A stretch of DNA of 64,000 nucleotides from Chrysomallon squamiferum (GCA_012295275.1 CM022675.1:12772001-12836000), one strand, 5' to 3'; positions 39,921 to 53,841 are shown, counted from the first letter of the stretch. Numbers and translations: made by a program. The notes: a model not told the origin generated them from the sequence alone.

Positions 39921-42213
39921 AATTTAATTTTAGATAAAATAAAATTCATATTCTAACGAGCAATAATAAATATTAAAAATCCAGAAAACTAAAATACACT
40001 ATGATAATAACAAACAATAAATAAATTCACTATAAGAATAAGAAAGAAAAAAAAAAAAAAGAGTTGCTCATTTTATACACACTTTAATATTAACAGAGAT
40101 AATTTAATAAACTTTATCTAAAATGAATATCCTAAGTGACAAAAAGTACATGACTGAATCAAAAATTCATTAATCCTAATATTACTACTTTTACAATTTA
40201 GATTTTCTCACACCTGACTCAGGTATCATGACAACATGTCACAGGTTACTGTACCAATGCAACACACTTCAGTTATTACATGATGATCTTATTTTTAATT
40301 TGCAGGAATTTAATTATTTTATGAAATTAATAAATGTAAAGTAATCACACCTCTCTGCTAACTTGGCCATCCTTTTCCCATCTGAATTAAAAAAAATAAA
40401 AATAAAAATAAAAATAAATAAAATAAAATAAAATAAAATGCCAGGTAGATATGAATTAAATACTGTTATTAGAATTATTGAAATAAGTACAGGGAAGTAT
40501 TTTCATCATCTAAATAAAATCTAAATAATATTAAAACAACTGGAATTTTAGTATCTAAATAAAAGGCAAAACATTAACAAAAACTAGGTAATTTTACTAT
40601 TGAAACAACTGGAATTTTAACATCTAAATAAAAGGTCAAATACTAATAAAATACTGGTAATACAAACAACTGAAATACATCAGCTGTATAAAAAGAACAT
40701 TTTAATCATAAAAATGTTACTGATTTATATATTTAAATTAGAGAAATAACTGAAGGCATCACTAACTAACTGTCTGATCAATTCTTTATTCTAGCCTGTG
40801 TAACAAAGGACATGGTATGTACTAACCAATCTATGGGATGGTGCATATAAAAGTTAACTTTTTGCTAATCAGAAAGAATGAAGTGGCTGGTCTTTATATA
40901 TATATATATATATATATATCTATGTTGCCAAATAACCATATAACCATAAATATATGTTTAGTACAATATCAAAATACATTTCAAGGTTTTTTCCATCTGA
41001 ATATCACAGGTTAAAAATTTAAATAAAAAATATGTAATATAATACTAACATCTGAGTAACATAAAACAATTGTACTTTACTCACATAAATAAAAAAAGGT
41101 AAATTTTAATTTAAAATGCTCTCAACATATCAGATAACCCAGAATAACTGACATAAAGCTGTCTTTTTGTCATCTAAACACTGAATTTCATCTGCTCTGT
41201 GATACATAATAATGATTGACAAATACTGAAGAAACTGCACACAAAAGCTGAACTAAAGAATTACCACCATGAACATAAAGTGCACATAATGTGGCTTCTT
41301 TTGTTACTTAATATTTTGTTGTTCTATAATTTGTTCCATAGATTTTAAGGAGAAAAACTTACTTAGCATGGTAAGGAGCCACCTCCTCTTGAAAAAATCT
41401 CCTAACTGTTTGTCGGAATATGTCATGTTCTTCAGAAAATATTTGTCTTGTACCAATATCAATCAAACTAGATGACTGACAAGGTTCTTTTCTGAAAATG
41501 CTGTCATCTCTGAAAATAATAATAATAATAATAATAAAATAAATATATCTATAGTTGGAAGTAATAGGCTTTTCATAGACAGTATGCTCTGGTATGAAAG
41601 AAGATTAGTTTAGTGGTTTCATCATATCATCATATGTCCAAGGCAGAATAAAATACAAATGCTTCCCATAAACTCTGTGTATGTATATATATATATAAAC
41701 TTGGAATAAACAATTTCTAAACAAATTTTGACTATGCAGAAGTCTTTAGCTTTGAGGCTAGTGTTCAGGGGAAAGGAATGTCTGGTTACAATACCAATTT
41801 CTCATTCCAACAAGGGCCCACTTTTGGTTTTATCCATGAGTATAATGTTATGTGTCTTTCTGAAGGTGGGAAGGCCAACACAGTATAAATGGCAAAAAAA
41901 TAGTATATTGCAGCAATTTCATTCAAATGTTAATCAAATGAATCTGATATTAAATGATGTGCAGACAACACATAATAACAAAAAAGAAACGAACTTTGGA
42001 CCCGATACCGGTTACCGGGCTAGTTGTTAAGACTACAGTACAATACATTGACAACACTGACAGCATAAATACAATATTCTCTTTAAAGTGACATATGGAA
42101 ATAAGTAAATAAATAATTTACGCAGTACTGCTGTATGATGCGCATCGTAGACAACGCCGAAGTACATTAGTTGCAAGCAAACGAACATTGCCGACAGAAG
42201 TCAGTGCGCTCAT
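35068..42213 (-). CDS. ACADL: Long-chain specific acyl-CoA dehydrogenase, mitochondrial; 9 coding exons, 432 aa
   Basis: Exons 42213-42122, 41509-41363, 40381-40351, 39792-39686, 38772-38608, 38354-38123, 37672-37457, 36345-36218 and 35248-35068 give 1299 nt in frame. Motifs: DIGTRQIFSEEHDIFR, AIAMTEPGAGSDLQG, LNGSKVFITNG, QDTAELFFEDVRLP, ELPQERL (LCAD-type catalytic Glu), QLHGGWGYMWEYPIA, and QPIFGG (Gly where MCAD has Glu). Arg-rich, acid-free N-terminal targeting peptide. Confidence 0.96.
36218..36345 (-). CDS. ACADL: ACADL exon 8 (128 nt)
   Basis: VIRHKMAEMK...ASIAKLW; donor gtatgt. Confidence 0.93.
36385..36575 (-). mobile_element. Degenerate SINE remnant (reverse orientation)
   Basis: Reverse-complement similarity to 40788-40985 (cttcccatagacagg, gcaacaagaggtcttctat, tail aatgtttcatttaatga). 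Confidence 0.45.
36986..37249. repeat. 133-bp near-perfect tandem duplication in ACADL intron 7
   Basis: attcttttgacttcagcaataatcttaagat...aaggatca(a/g)taaaacat occurs at 36986 and 37119. Confidence 0.92.
37457..37672 (-). CDS. ACADL: ACADL exon 7 (216 nt)
   Basis: DTAELFFEDVRLP...ELPQERL...RKAFGKTLSNLQ. Confidence 0.94.
38123..38354 (-). CDS. ACADL: ACADL exon 6 (232 nt)
   Basis: DLQGVRTNAKKDGSDYILNGSKVFITNG...KIGLKAQ. Confidence 0.93.
38608..38772 (-). CDS. ACADL: ACADL exon 5 (165 nt)
   Basis: GFPLHSDIVMPYI...AIAMTEPGAG; AG/GT boundaries. Confidence 0.93.
38960..39560. repeat. Degenerate A-rich minisatellite in ACADL intron 4
   Basis: Recurrent gacta(c/t)aa(a/g)atca cores at roughly 25-35 bp spacing. 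Confidence 0.55.
39686..39792 (-). CDS. ACADL: ACADL exon 4 (107 nt)
   Basis: VWEKAGTNGILGIQTPAEHGGIGADILSAAVTWEE; donor gttagt. Confidence 0.92.
40351..40381 (-). CDS. ACADL: ACADL exon 3 (31-nt mini-exon)
   Basis: ttcag|A WEKDGQVSRE|gtgtga; required for frame and homology. Confidence 0.9.
40505..40680. repeat. Degenerate short tandem repeat (~3 units) in ACADL intron 2
   Basis: Recurrent aaacaactggaatttta...atctaaataaaagg. Confidence 0.7.
40788..40985 (+). mobile_element. Degenerate tRNA-derived SINE, central and 3' part
   Basis: tgtaacaaaggacatggtatgtactaacc...tatgggatggtgcatataaaag...gctaatc...atgaagtggc...ccatataaccataaat resembles a SINE body I recall from gastropod genomes. Family name not asserted. 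Confidence 0.6.
41363..41509 (-). CDS. ACADL: ACADL exon 2 (147 nt)
   Basis: LIDIGTRQIFSEEHDIFRQTVRRFFQEEVAPYH; AG/GT boundaries. Confidence 0.92.
42122..42213 (-). CDS. ACADL: ACADL exon 1 (mitochondrial presequence)
   Basis: aagATG; MSALTSVGNVRLLATNVLRRCLRCASYSSTA; donor GC|gtaaat in phase with exon 2. Confidence 0.8.
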
Positions 42214-43423
42214 CTTTACTTAGCTTGTTTTCCCAAACTAACGTTAACCTTCGGCGGACTTTGGACTAGGCCCCTTTAGGGTGACTCGTATGTTTTGAAG
42301 AAAAACAAAACAAAAACAGGACCGGATATAATTATTAAAAGGATTGCGGAAAGAATAAATGATATAATAAAATTCTTTATAAAGTTATTATTTTGTTGTT
42401 TCATTATAATATCTTCGCAGCTGGAATCGTTTGACGTCATCGCATATGCTGCCGCCTATGCATTTTTTTCTCACATCAGAAGAATCTTTAGAGAAAAACT
42501 ATTGTATGCGATGGCGTCACAATTACAGAAAAATGGCAGCTCCAGAAATGTACTCTTTTGTTGTTATACTTCATTCTTTAGATGGTAGTGAAAAATTAGA
42601 AAATAATAATAATAATAATAAATTAAGAAAGTCAATAAATATATGAATGAGATAACAAACAATAAAAATAAAATGAATGAATGGATAAATAAATAAACAA
42701 ATAAATGGATAATGATGATGATGATAATAAAAATAATGAATTTTAAAAATTACATACGTAAGAGATAATTATGTACATATTACATATGCAGAAATATTTG
42801 CACAGATTTCGTGATAATATGAAGGTTATTCAAATAATAATAAATTAATTATTATAATAACTATGTCGATGTAGAAAATAAATGCATTAATAATAATTAG
42901 TATGAGGAGGATAATAATGATGATATAATAAAAATTAAAAATAATAAAATAAATCAAAACCCATAATTTAAATTTATTTATCATAATAATAACTTGAGCC
43001 AGCTTTTGAATGCTTAATTATACCTTTTCCCCATTTTTTTTTTTTAAAAAGTATATTAAAACATTAAATAAATAAATAAATAAATAATAATAACTTGTAT
43101 TTTTGTTAATAGTTTGTTATTGTATTAAATTTCAGGATGCAGAATGAAGGATCTGCCATCGCCGAATCTTCAAAGACCATTTTACCATAAATACAGCCAC
43201 ATACCCCCAACCCATACATACATACACATACCCAGTAACACAGACATATACACATATACAAACCTCTGCATACACGCACACAAAGAACTGTAGATAATAC
43301 ATAACGTGATCAGAATTTACCTGATGGGACCCTCGAGACGTCATCTGAATATTAATTTTATTATTTTTGCTCTGTTTCAGTGTTTGTACAAAAAAAATAA
43401 AAATAAAAATAAAAAAATAATAA

Positions 43424-43470
<47 letters not shown>

Positions 43471-43874
43471 TAATTATATATATATAAGCAAAAAAAAATT
43501 TAAAATATATACTTATTATATATAAATTATAGATTAACCACAGAACCGATTATTTAACTTTTAATTAAGCTATAGCTATTTTAATGTGACAAATAATCGT
43601 GAACAGTGCATCCAAACAAAGTGCTAAATTATTTCTTTATAAAATAATTTAGTTTATTTATTTATTTAATTAAATTCGGTATTATTATAAAATAAATATA
43701 TATTTTTATGCCAATTCAAAATGAAATGCAATGTGCAATGCAAAATGAAATAAAAATATAAATAAATACACATCCTGAAACGAGCCTCATTATTAGAAGC
43801 CTAATCGCTTTACGGAATGTGCCGATGTTTATTCGTTGAATATATAACTAGACCTGTTCATTCTCGTAAAAAAC
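42214..43874. promoter_or_regulatory. Divergent promoter interval between ACADL (-) and an unidentified (+) gene
   Basis: 1.66 kb between opposed ATGs, with CpG-retaining patches, a full CRE TGACGTCA at 42432-42439 and YY1-like ATGGC motifs. Confidence 0.55.
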
Positions 43875-43922
43875 ATGGCGTCCAAAAGAGAGATGGAAAG
43901 GCGAAAATTGAAGTTGATTGCG
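43875..43922 (+). CDS. Candidate first exon ORF of an unidentified gene (MASKREMERRKLKLIA); may be a uORF
   Basis: aaacATGGCG start context in a CpG-retaining patch, followed by donor GCG|GTAAGA. CpG depletion downstream is consistent with a transcribed gene body. Confidence 0.55.
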
Positions 43923-45359
43923 GTAAGAAATCGACCGATAAAGTCGTTTACTGAATTCAAGAAGTGGTGATTTATTTTTCCTAAAACTTCTGTGATACGT
44001 TAATGTGATTATATCTGTTATTGCACAAGTTTAGCTTCTAATTGCAGAATGGATTTTGGTCCTGGCTAGCCATTACCGTGAATCTGAGTGATTAGACGAT
44101 TTTTCACGGCTGCTTTTCATCCCAATGTGATTATTTTGCATTATTTTGTATACTTTGTGTTGCGCAGTTGACATTACCAGCTTCTGTTTGTTGCAAGTAT
44201 TAAAAATTAAAATTTTACTAATGTTAAATCATACATTTCGGTTATTTTTATTTTTTAATGTGCATTTTTTTTTTTGGTTTTGCTGGAGCTAGTTGAAACA
44301 TTGAATGTTACGTAGTCAAGTACCGCATGGGAGTAACAACAGCTGATAATTGTGGTAACGAAATAGAAATTAAAGCTATCATTATTTTAGTGTTTGCAAG
44401 TTTATTCCTTAGAATGAAGGTTAGCATTATTTTTTTCTTGTTTATTATGTGCATTACACAAGTAAATTAGTAACCTTTGATATTATTACTGGTAAATTTG
44501 TAATATATAACATCTGCTACTCTGGAGGGTGAGAATCGCACTGTTGTTCTAAGAGGAGAAATGAAATATCTGAAGGTGTGAAATGTTTACCAGCTGTTAC
44601 AGTATTTCTGTTTTTGAAAGGTCTTTGACCTACTCCTAATTTCAGCAGTTCATCTGGCAGGATAGACCATTTTCTGACATTTCACCTTTGTTGATGTGGT
44701 CAGTAATACCTTGATTTAGTTCAGCTGGAAATGTGGCTGTACATGCTGAGAGTAACAGATAAAAGAAACTGAAGCAGGTTTATTTCCTTTTTGTATGCAA
44801 GTGTTAGTCTGATAGTTGGTTGCTTCAGAAAAAAAACGTTAGTGATACATGAACATGATAATGTTAACCTCAGTGGGATATTGTTATGATAGAAGTATTT
44901 TAGTAATTGTTACATTATGAATAGTAGGAAGTTGTCAACAAAATACAAAAATTTGAACATCTGTTTTAGATTGTTGTGAAAATGAAAGTAGTTTATTTAT
45001 TCTTTATCTGGTATTCATACAGATATTTTGTAAAACTGATTTTATAAATATATTGGTGTGTAGGTGCTTACTTCTGTCATCTTGTATGTAAGTTAAAATA
45101 AATATTTGTTGCAGTTCAATATATTTTACTGTTAACAATCATTACCATAATGATGGTCATTACAAATTGTAAGAAAACTAACCAGCTGTCACCCCAATGT
45201 TACTATTATTGATTAATAAGTAAGAAATATTTCATATGTACCTTCCTAAAGATATAAAACTAAAAGCATATACTTGGACATTCAATAAACTTATTGTGGA
45301 TGTAAGTGGGCACAAACTGTAACAGGATGTATAATCTGCTGAAATGATTACCTGTGATC

Positions 45360-45520
45360 ATGTCAAACCAGTCTGAAATTGCCTTTTGGCTGATCAGAGT
45401 TATGAACATCTTCCAATTCATAATCTTCATTTTGATGCTGAATTCATCCCTGATCACATTTAGGTCCAGAGATAAGGCCAGGTACACGAGGGCAGATTGG
45501 AGTGTTTTTTCAGCAAATAA
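45360..45520 (+). mobile_element. Possible decayed LINE ORF2 fragment (end of the endonuclease region)
   Basis: One frame gives SYEHLPI and an adjacent frame gives YTRADWSVFS, resembling the SDH.PI ... F.KADW..F motifs of I/Jockey-like LINEs. A stop and a frameshift are present. Confidence 0.3.
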
Positions 45521-47616
45521 CAATGTTCATAAAAGTCATCTAAAACATACTTTAGGATTAATATCTGTCAATTTCATTGCAGGATCAAAGTGTGTGCATA
45601 AAGCAGTTTTTAACAAAATAGAAAAATCTAAGTGTTTTATGTTATTTCACTATTGTTGGCTAAAATTCAAATACTGGCTGTATAACTTGAGAGTAGTACC
45701 ATGTCAAGGGTCACATATTAATGTAAAGTATTGTTTCTATAATATCTACATTAGTAAAATGTGTTCCATACACCAGACCATTTATCCAGCAAGCGTGTGA
45801 CCACAAATGACCCAGATTTCTGGATTTTCCAGTTTTCTGGACAAAGGATTAATACATGTATAGCATGTATTTTCAAAATAAACACTGGAAAGTAAAGAAC
45901 AAAACTGTATTTAACAGATAAAAGTTAACACACCTCTTTCTAGTAATTCTGGTTTTCTGGAAGCCGAGTAAATAGTCCTATAACTGTTAATGCTGTATTT
46001 TCTGCTAGCGTACTCAGTGTATGGTTATGTCTGGATGTCTGTGTTTATTCAGGCCTTTACAACAACACTGGTAGCATTTGAATGTGTATACATAGGAAAC
46101 ATTGTTTCACTGTTTAACTATACATCTGTGGTTATATGATATTTAATAAAATATTCTCATTTGAGTAATATATATAGCATTATTTGGATAAATACTTCAA
46201 CACTGAATGTTTTAAGTGTAATCAAAAATATCAGAGATTTTTGTTTATTCAGGCTGCAGTATTTCTTATCAGCTTCTTGTTTCTATAGTTTGTTTCCTTT
46301 TTAATCATTATCATAAATTTTATAGGTTAGAAATAAAACTATTTTATCACATGTAAATAAACTGCTCTGCATTTCATTTTTGATTGAATTTAAAAATGTT
46401 TATGTTCACATTTTCAGTTAACACACACACACACACACACACACACAGAGAAAAAAAGTAAATTAAAATGCATGCAATCTGTTCTTACATAAAGCATATT
46501 TAAAGAATCATTGTTAACTCTTTATTCAAATAATACCTTTTGTTTATTTTCAAAAATTTATTAATGCATTAAATATAAAAAGAAAATGTTCAATGCTTAT
46601 CTGTTATTTGCTTTTTGTATACTTTGTTGAAAGCTGTTCTTGCAGGATTTAATTAACAGCAAGATTTAAAACAGGTTATTTTTAGCTGCAGCAATTTGCT
46701 GTTCTGGATTTAATTCAAAGTGACACAATATATATATAAATACTCACATAACTGGTGCAATTATATTGATTTTATGACATACAAAAATAATGAAAAAGAT
46801 AATTATATTACTTTGATGTAGTCTTGTGTTTAAAATTTCTGTCATTGTATAAATTAACATTTTTTGGATTTATTATATAAAAAGTCCCAGAAAAATAATT
46901 TTTGTATTTGAGTTGATTTAGTAATTTTGTTTATTATATATTTAGACTTGTAGGTAAATATACACATCTCTGAATAGCTTAATATTGTCAGAATGACATA
47001 AAATCTATATTTTCTGTTATTAGGTAGATGCTACCAAATCTGTTACTGTCAGATATTGATTTTATTGTCACCTTAGTATTACTTACTGAAATATTCACGT
47101 ATGTTAGATAACATTTCTCAAATTGGACAATTTTAGGTGTAATAATATATGTATTGATATTTTGTGAAACTTGAAACAAGCTTTTGTAATACTGTATGTC
47201 TTGATACTGCTTGAAACGCCTACAAAAGAAAACATAAAGCTGAAAACCGAAAGACCTGTTTGAACATGGATAGTTAATTTCTCTGTGCAAAGTTATTAAT
47301 GGATATGGTCTAAAAACTTATTTATGTGAATTGTACAATCAGTTGAGTGTGAGTATAGTTTGGTTTATGTGTACTTGTTAACAACGTTGACAGACTGGTT
47401 TTACATTTACCACACTTTTCACTGTGGTGTTGATTGAACAAATGTTTTTGTATATTCATAATGTTGTGTCTCACCTCATATTTTGACCTCAAACAAAATA
47501 TAAAACTATAATATTTATACTCTTTATATATTGCATATATTTATTGATTCTTTACAAGATTCTCCCCCATGCTATCCTAAGTGCAGGATATAATTATACG
47601 ACCCTATGTACTGATA

Positions 47617-47669
<53 letters not shown>

Positions 47670-49990
47670 TACACACACACACACACACATACACACACAG
47701 ATACACACATGAACTTAGTAATGTTTAATAACCAAATCCTGCAGTTATGGAAATTAATTACTGGTATGAGGAAGGACATAATAAAATAATAATAAAAACC
47801 CAACAAAAAACCCCTCCCAAACAAAAAAACAATTCCAGTACTTTAAATTAATTTTGTAAGTTATAAAAAGAATTCATTATGTTTTCACCTCAGTCCACCC
47901 CAAGCTACTGTTTGTGACCTAAAAGGGTTTGGAATGTAGACCTTCATTTGTAAATATCACTGCACACTTTGCTCTGAACTTTGTAAATTATACTTGACAT
48001 TATATACCATGTAAACTGAAACAAATGTTTTTTGACCTTTTAGTTCACAATGAAAAGAATAATAATAAAAAACCCATTAATGAAATTTAAAAAATAAAAT
48101 AGTAATAATAATAAATAAATAAACAGTAAGTAAAAAGTGAAACCAGCAGCATGATTTTAACCTGTAATGCAGACTCATACTAATATCGATTTCAGTGTGT
48201 ATCTCATTTCTTTCTGACTACAAGCTGTTTGTATTATTTTAACAACCAATACAATCCCAGCATTCTCAGTTTATTTAAGAATCTTGTCAAATATTTGTTT
48301 AATAATTTGTATGTATTTACTTGTAAAGAAAGGTAAAGTATTTGTCATAGACAGTCATATGTCTGTATGTGTGTGTGTCTGTGTGTCTGTGTGTGTGTGT
48401 ATATATATACTATATATATTTATACATACATACACATACACATTGTCTCCTACAATTAGATAATTTAACTTATTCCAATACATTTATACATACATACATA
48501 CACACATACATACATAATTAAATGCAGATTAATGGACCTTAGCATATGTGTACTATTTTATTAAATAATAACTCTTGAAATATGTTTTTTAATATCTGTC
48601 TTTATTTCCTGGACAGATGTAGACAATTTATATTTATTGTTATGTACGTGATGTACATAAATTATACATGGTTCTACATAAAAATATTTTATTTGTAAAA
48701 GCATAAAATATTGAAACATGCAGTTGTAATGCCATAGTTTTTTTTTGTTTTTTTTGTCTTTCTCCCGCATATTTAAATATCCCCTTTGTTTCATTTAATT
48801 ACTCATAAATACAGTGTATATGTATGTATGTATGTAAATCTGTATGTACATGTGCTTGTGTATCTATGTATGTATGGATGTGTGAACATACATATGTGTG
48901 TGTAAATTAAAGAAAGATTGAAAGATAAAACTGTAAAATACAACGTCACTGATTGGTATCAGTTGAGGCTACCAGGAAGATGGGGAAAAGGGAAGTGATA
49001 TCAGTTTATTATCATTCACAGATTTAAACTGGTTTTTAATGTTTGCAGCGTTATGGATACTGCACAGAATCTTTTTTTATCCAGCATTTGATTATAAACA
49101 GAGAAGTTGATTTTCAGGTATCATGGAAATTTTAGATCACAAATGGATTTTATATAAATATTTAAAATTTTTAACCAGTTTATCATACACAGGATTTAAG
49201 AATGTTAGTCTAGTGTTATTTTTGTCCATAAATGTACTGAATGCTGATACATTTGTATTTAATTAAACATTTCTGTAATGTCTGTCATTTAAAAATGTAA
49301 CTCTAAAATCAGGATAACAATATGAATGTTATATGCTGACAAATTTTTATTTCATAGGACAGTTTTTAATATTTCTGTAAAGTTCATGTTGTCCATGAAT
49401 AGATTGTATTATACAGATTTTTAATTTTTTTTTAATTCAAGAATGTTATATACAACAGAGTGTAATTATTTATCCATAAATTGTTGCTATCCACTGACTT
49501 ACGACCATGAACCTGTATACAGATACCTTATTACTCTCAGTGTTCTGTAATAGTGATACCTTTTGAATACTGATTTTTTAAATATTGTATTGTAAGTATA
49601 GTATACTTTTATTTCTTCACCTACATACTGGATATTATTTAATGTGTAAATGTAGCTTCATTGTTTTTAGCTTGAGTGGTGTGTTCCACTTCTGTTATCA
49701 GTAGTGAGTATGCACATGTTCAAGCTTTAATGGTTAGTAAATGAATACAAAGATTAATTCATGCGTATATGTAAATACATAATATACTTGCAACTTGTGT
49801 TGTCAAATTTACATAAATATCCTTAAATTTCAGGAACAGTTCAAAAGTCTGTTGAAGTTTGTTAAAAACAACCCCCCAAAAATCTTTTTTTGAGGTGTTG
49901 GACACATGACCACCCACAGTGACAGTCATTGTGTGTTTGTGTGTGTGTGTGCATGCGTGCGTGCGAGTGAGTGAGTGAGAGTGAGAGAGA

Positions 49991-50023
<33 letters not shown>

Positions 50024-52385
50024 TTTAAGTCCCTTTATAAGTCCATAAAATCATATTGATCCGATCCTTAAATGCACTTAAAAACATCAGTAAATTTCTG
50101 GTAACATGTTGTGTGGGATCTATGATGTATATGTATCTTTGCAGTGCAGCGCTGCCATTGTTAACAATTGCTGTCAGGTTATGTGACAAATACTGGGTTT
50201 CACCTGTCCAGTAAACAAGGTCTGGAGGTAGAATTTATTCACTAAGATGACTACATTTACATATTTGTATCACTGTTATTTTGTTGGTTTATACTTACCC
50301 AACTGCTGTTACCAAGATGTGTGGCTGAATTGAATTTTATGGACCTGTAATATTTTTTTTTAAATAAAAAATAAATAAATAATAAAATAAAACAAAAATA
50401 AAAAATATAGTTGAAACATTATTCAGTATAAAATATTGATTAATCCACAGAACATTCAGTGTAAAAATATCATTTGTGAGTAATACTGTATTAACAAATA
50501 TGATAAATACATTTTGTGTTGCTGTTTTTTTTTTGTTTTTTTTTAATCTAAATATGGATAAGTTATATATATAACAATATGCATGTTTGTATTATTATGT
50601 AACTTTTAGCATTATTAATAATAATGAGAAAACCTTTTTTTAGGTGATTTTAGAACATGTGCTTTATTGAGACATGAAGAAAAATATCTGTCTATCTATT
50701 TATCTATGTAATATATGAATTGTAAATTGACTACAATATTACATAATTATTATTGAAACAGAAGTATTATTTATACAGATGATTGATATGTCCATGGAGT
50801 ATAAAACTATAGGAATATTGATGTATCTTTTAACCAGTGGATTAAACTGATTAATTTGTTAAAAAATATTATCACTTTTCTTCAAATAATACATACTAAC
50901 TACCCAACAGCTGGTATTCCAGACCAGGTATATTAATAATATAACGAATGGTGCAACAAGTTCACAGATTAATATGCCAGTGTGCAGACTACAGTAGAAA
51001 ATCAATTGAGTATGTGTCTTTAGTTGTCCACAGCAAGCTTTTTAAACCAGGAAAGACTTGCTTCTGGTAAACCAGTGATCTTGTATAATGTGTGTTTCAG
51101 GTGTTAACACAAAACAGTTATTTTTTCTTCTTTATCTTCCTATATTAAATCAGATAAATATTTTTTATCTTCCTGTTTTTTTTTTCTTCTTTTAATGTTT
51201 GGAAATGTAATATATGCACTATGGTGTTTTTATGTTGAGGTAATTTCATCCGTTTTTGTCTGCCTTTGTGTGAAAGTTGCTAGTGAGAGAACTGCAAGTT
51301 AGCGGAGATGTTCTAGGTGTTGATTTATTACAGCTTGTCAGAAAGTCAGCCATTTTAGTTACACAGGTTTTCATTTGGAGATAGCAAGGACATGTCATGG
51401 AGTAAGTTTGTATGTCATTTAACAGTGACTTATCAAAGTCTGCTTTGTATTTCAGCCATTTTGCTTATACAAAATGAACAGGATTTTATGTATAACAGTT
51501 ATGAATTTAAAATTTATTTTGGCTATTTCAGCTTGGATAGTAATAAGATTTCCAATGGAATCTGAAGGAATATTTTACTGTGAGACTCTTAGTGAAGTGT
51601 GATAACTTTTATTTAAAAATTGTTTTGGTTTAGTAACTCATGAAATTAGCAGTAAAGTAACAAAGGAAATTTCAGTAATTTTGGTTGGTTACGTTGTGTA
51701 CAGTATTTCAAATCAGATTAGATTTAGAAATGGCTTCTGGAAAAAGGAGAACATTTTCACTTTTGTAAACTTACTACATTGGTGTTAACTGAATATTTAA
51801 AAAAATGGTTCTTTAGTACTTAACAGAAATGATGCCATTAAATAATTGGTGATAGATTTGGTGTGGTGTGTAAAACATGATAGTGTCAGCATCAGTGGAA
51901 GAATATCTGATTTTAAAACTTGATAATCATTTCATTTTGTGTGAACTAACACCTAGTTGAGTTGTTTATGAATCTGCAAACTCTTCTACTATGAATTGTA
52001 AATCATTGATCATACATGTGAAGCACCATTTATTTACCTAATTATTATTAATTATTTTTTTTTGCCTTAATCACATATATATAAGAAAGAAGAAGAAGTT
52101 TTCATTATTTTATAAAAGGTGAAGAAACCCCAAAATACCAGAGGTTGAGATCTATGGATCAGTGTTTGTTTTATTTCAATGTTTTAATTAGTGAAATAAT
52201 GTCCACAATATTTGATTATGAAAGGAAAAAATAAAATAAAAACTTAGTAAATTTGAATTCTTTTGGATATATAAATGTTTATAACTAATTTTGTTTGAGT
52301 TATATAATTTTAATTTTTTTATTTTCATTCCCAGATGGTAAATTTTTACTTTTAATTTTACTCATTTTGTTTTTGTTTTTTTTAG

Positions 52386-52557
52386 ATGACAAGAAGAAAT
52401 TAATTCAATTTCACAAAAATTCAGACTTTGTGGAAGTTGGAAATCATCCAGTACCTTGTTTTAAAGATATTACTGAACACAGAATCACACTGACAGAGGA
52501 AAGTCTTGACATACTGTCAACCTGTGGGAGGAGTTGCTGCATTCCTACTCTGATATG
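52386..52557 (+). other. Candidate internal exon of the unidentified plus-strand gene
   Basis: Long U-tract ending tttag| and donor TG|GTGAGA. One frame is open (DKKKLIQFHKNSDFVEVG...), but it is not in phase with the 43875 exon. Confidence 0.4.
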
Positions 52558-53841
52558 GTGAGAGATTAGACTGGATTTTATATCAGTATTTTAATTACTA
52601 AGTGAAGTATGAATATCACTATTTTACTTTGCTTTCTAAATAATGTGCTGTGTACTTTTTTTTTTTTTTTTTTAAATATGAGCTGCTGTTTGGAATGGGA
52701 AATTACAAAATAGGCACTTTAACGAAGACTGATCTGGTAGTCATTCAGGAGTCTGCTGTTAAAAGTTTTATAACTTTAATTATTCACAGTTTAAAAAAGT
52801 GAAAAGAAGTGAAAGGTTCATAATGGCAGCTATTTCTGGCATGGATTTGCCTCTTGAAGGTCAATTTTCTCTGTCAGTGGAGGAATGTTAAGGACAGAGT
52901 GATGAATGCTAATAAAATTTATTTTTTCTTCAGTGGAATTCTTTGTCAGTTAAATTCAGTGAGGATAATTGTTCTTTGTGAGTTTCCACACTGGGTAAAG
53001 AATTAGTGGAAAATCAATACATACTTTATAGTTAGCTGTATCTGAAGTGTCATGTGTCTTGATCTCAACACTATTGCCCTGGTCGATGTCCTTGTGCTTG
53101 GATCTCTAACGCCATTCTTTCTGCTGTCTCATTGTATGTATTATGTAATACCAGAATCAGTCATTCTTTTCATTTCTTAAAGCTGGGTTTTGTGGTTTTA
53201 TTTTCAGCTTTGATTGATGTTACGTGTACACTTTGTTGAACTTCCACCATATCTTCATTTTGTTTTTTTTATTTTTGTTTTGGTAGTAGCATGAATTTGT
53301 ATCCCTTGACTTGTGAAGATTTAAGTATGTTTATCCAGTTATAATTGAAAATGTCATGTGATTTAAACATGTTTCAGGAGATTTCTAGATTATGTTAGCC
53401 TCATTTTTTGTGCTTTCTTAAGGACACTGAGAGTGTTCTGTGCTTAGACAAGTTTTGTGAGTATATGCTGTACATGGCTGAGTTAAAACTACTTCATAGT
53501 AAAGATGTGGGATGCTATGTTTAAACTTTGGATTACTGGATTAAATCAGGACGAAAGTCACATACACAGGATTCAAGTTCATGATTTTTTCTCCGTGAAT
53601 TGATAGTGTTTGTAAGAACATAAATACACAAGTAAAAGTAAGAATGCTATTCACATTCATTTTTCTCTTCTTATTCTTTTTTTCTTCATTTTTTTAAACA
53701 TATTTTTACAATATTTTTGATAAACAAATTTTTAAATTTTTAAGTTAAAAAAAAATCAAATTAAAATCTTCTTATATTTTTGTTTTTGTTTGTATTAGCA
53801 AACTAAAGACACCAAGGTATTTTATTGATGATACTTTTCAG

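Noticed and set aside
43875-43922. Assignment of MASKREMERRKLKLIA to afadin (EERRKL) or SRPK (MERKVL)
   Set aside because: Only 4-5 residues match and no diagnostic downstream sequence was found.
52895-53045. C/D box snoRNA (GTGATGA ... CTGA)
   Set aside because: No terminal stem, long spacing and no recognisable guide sequence.
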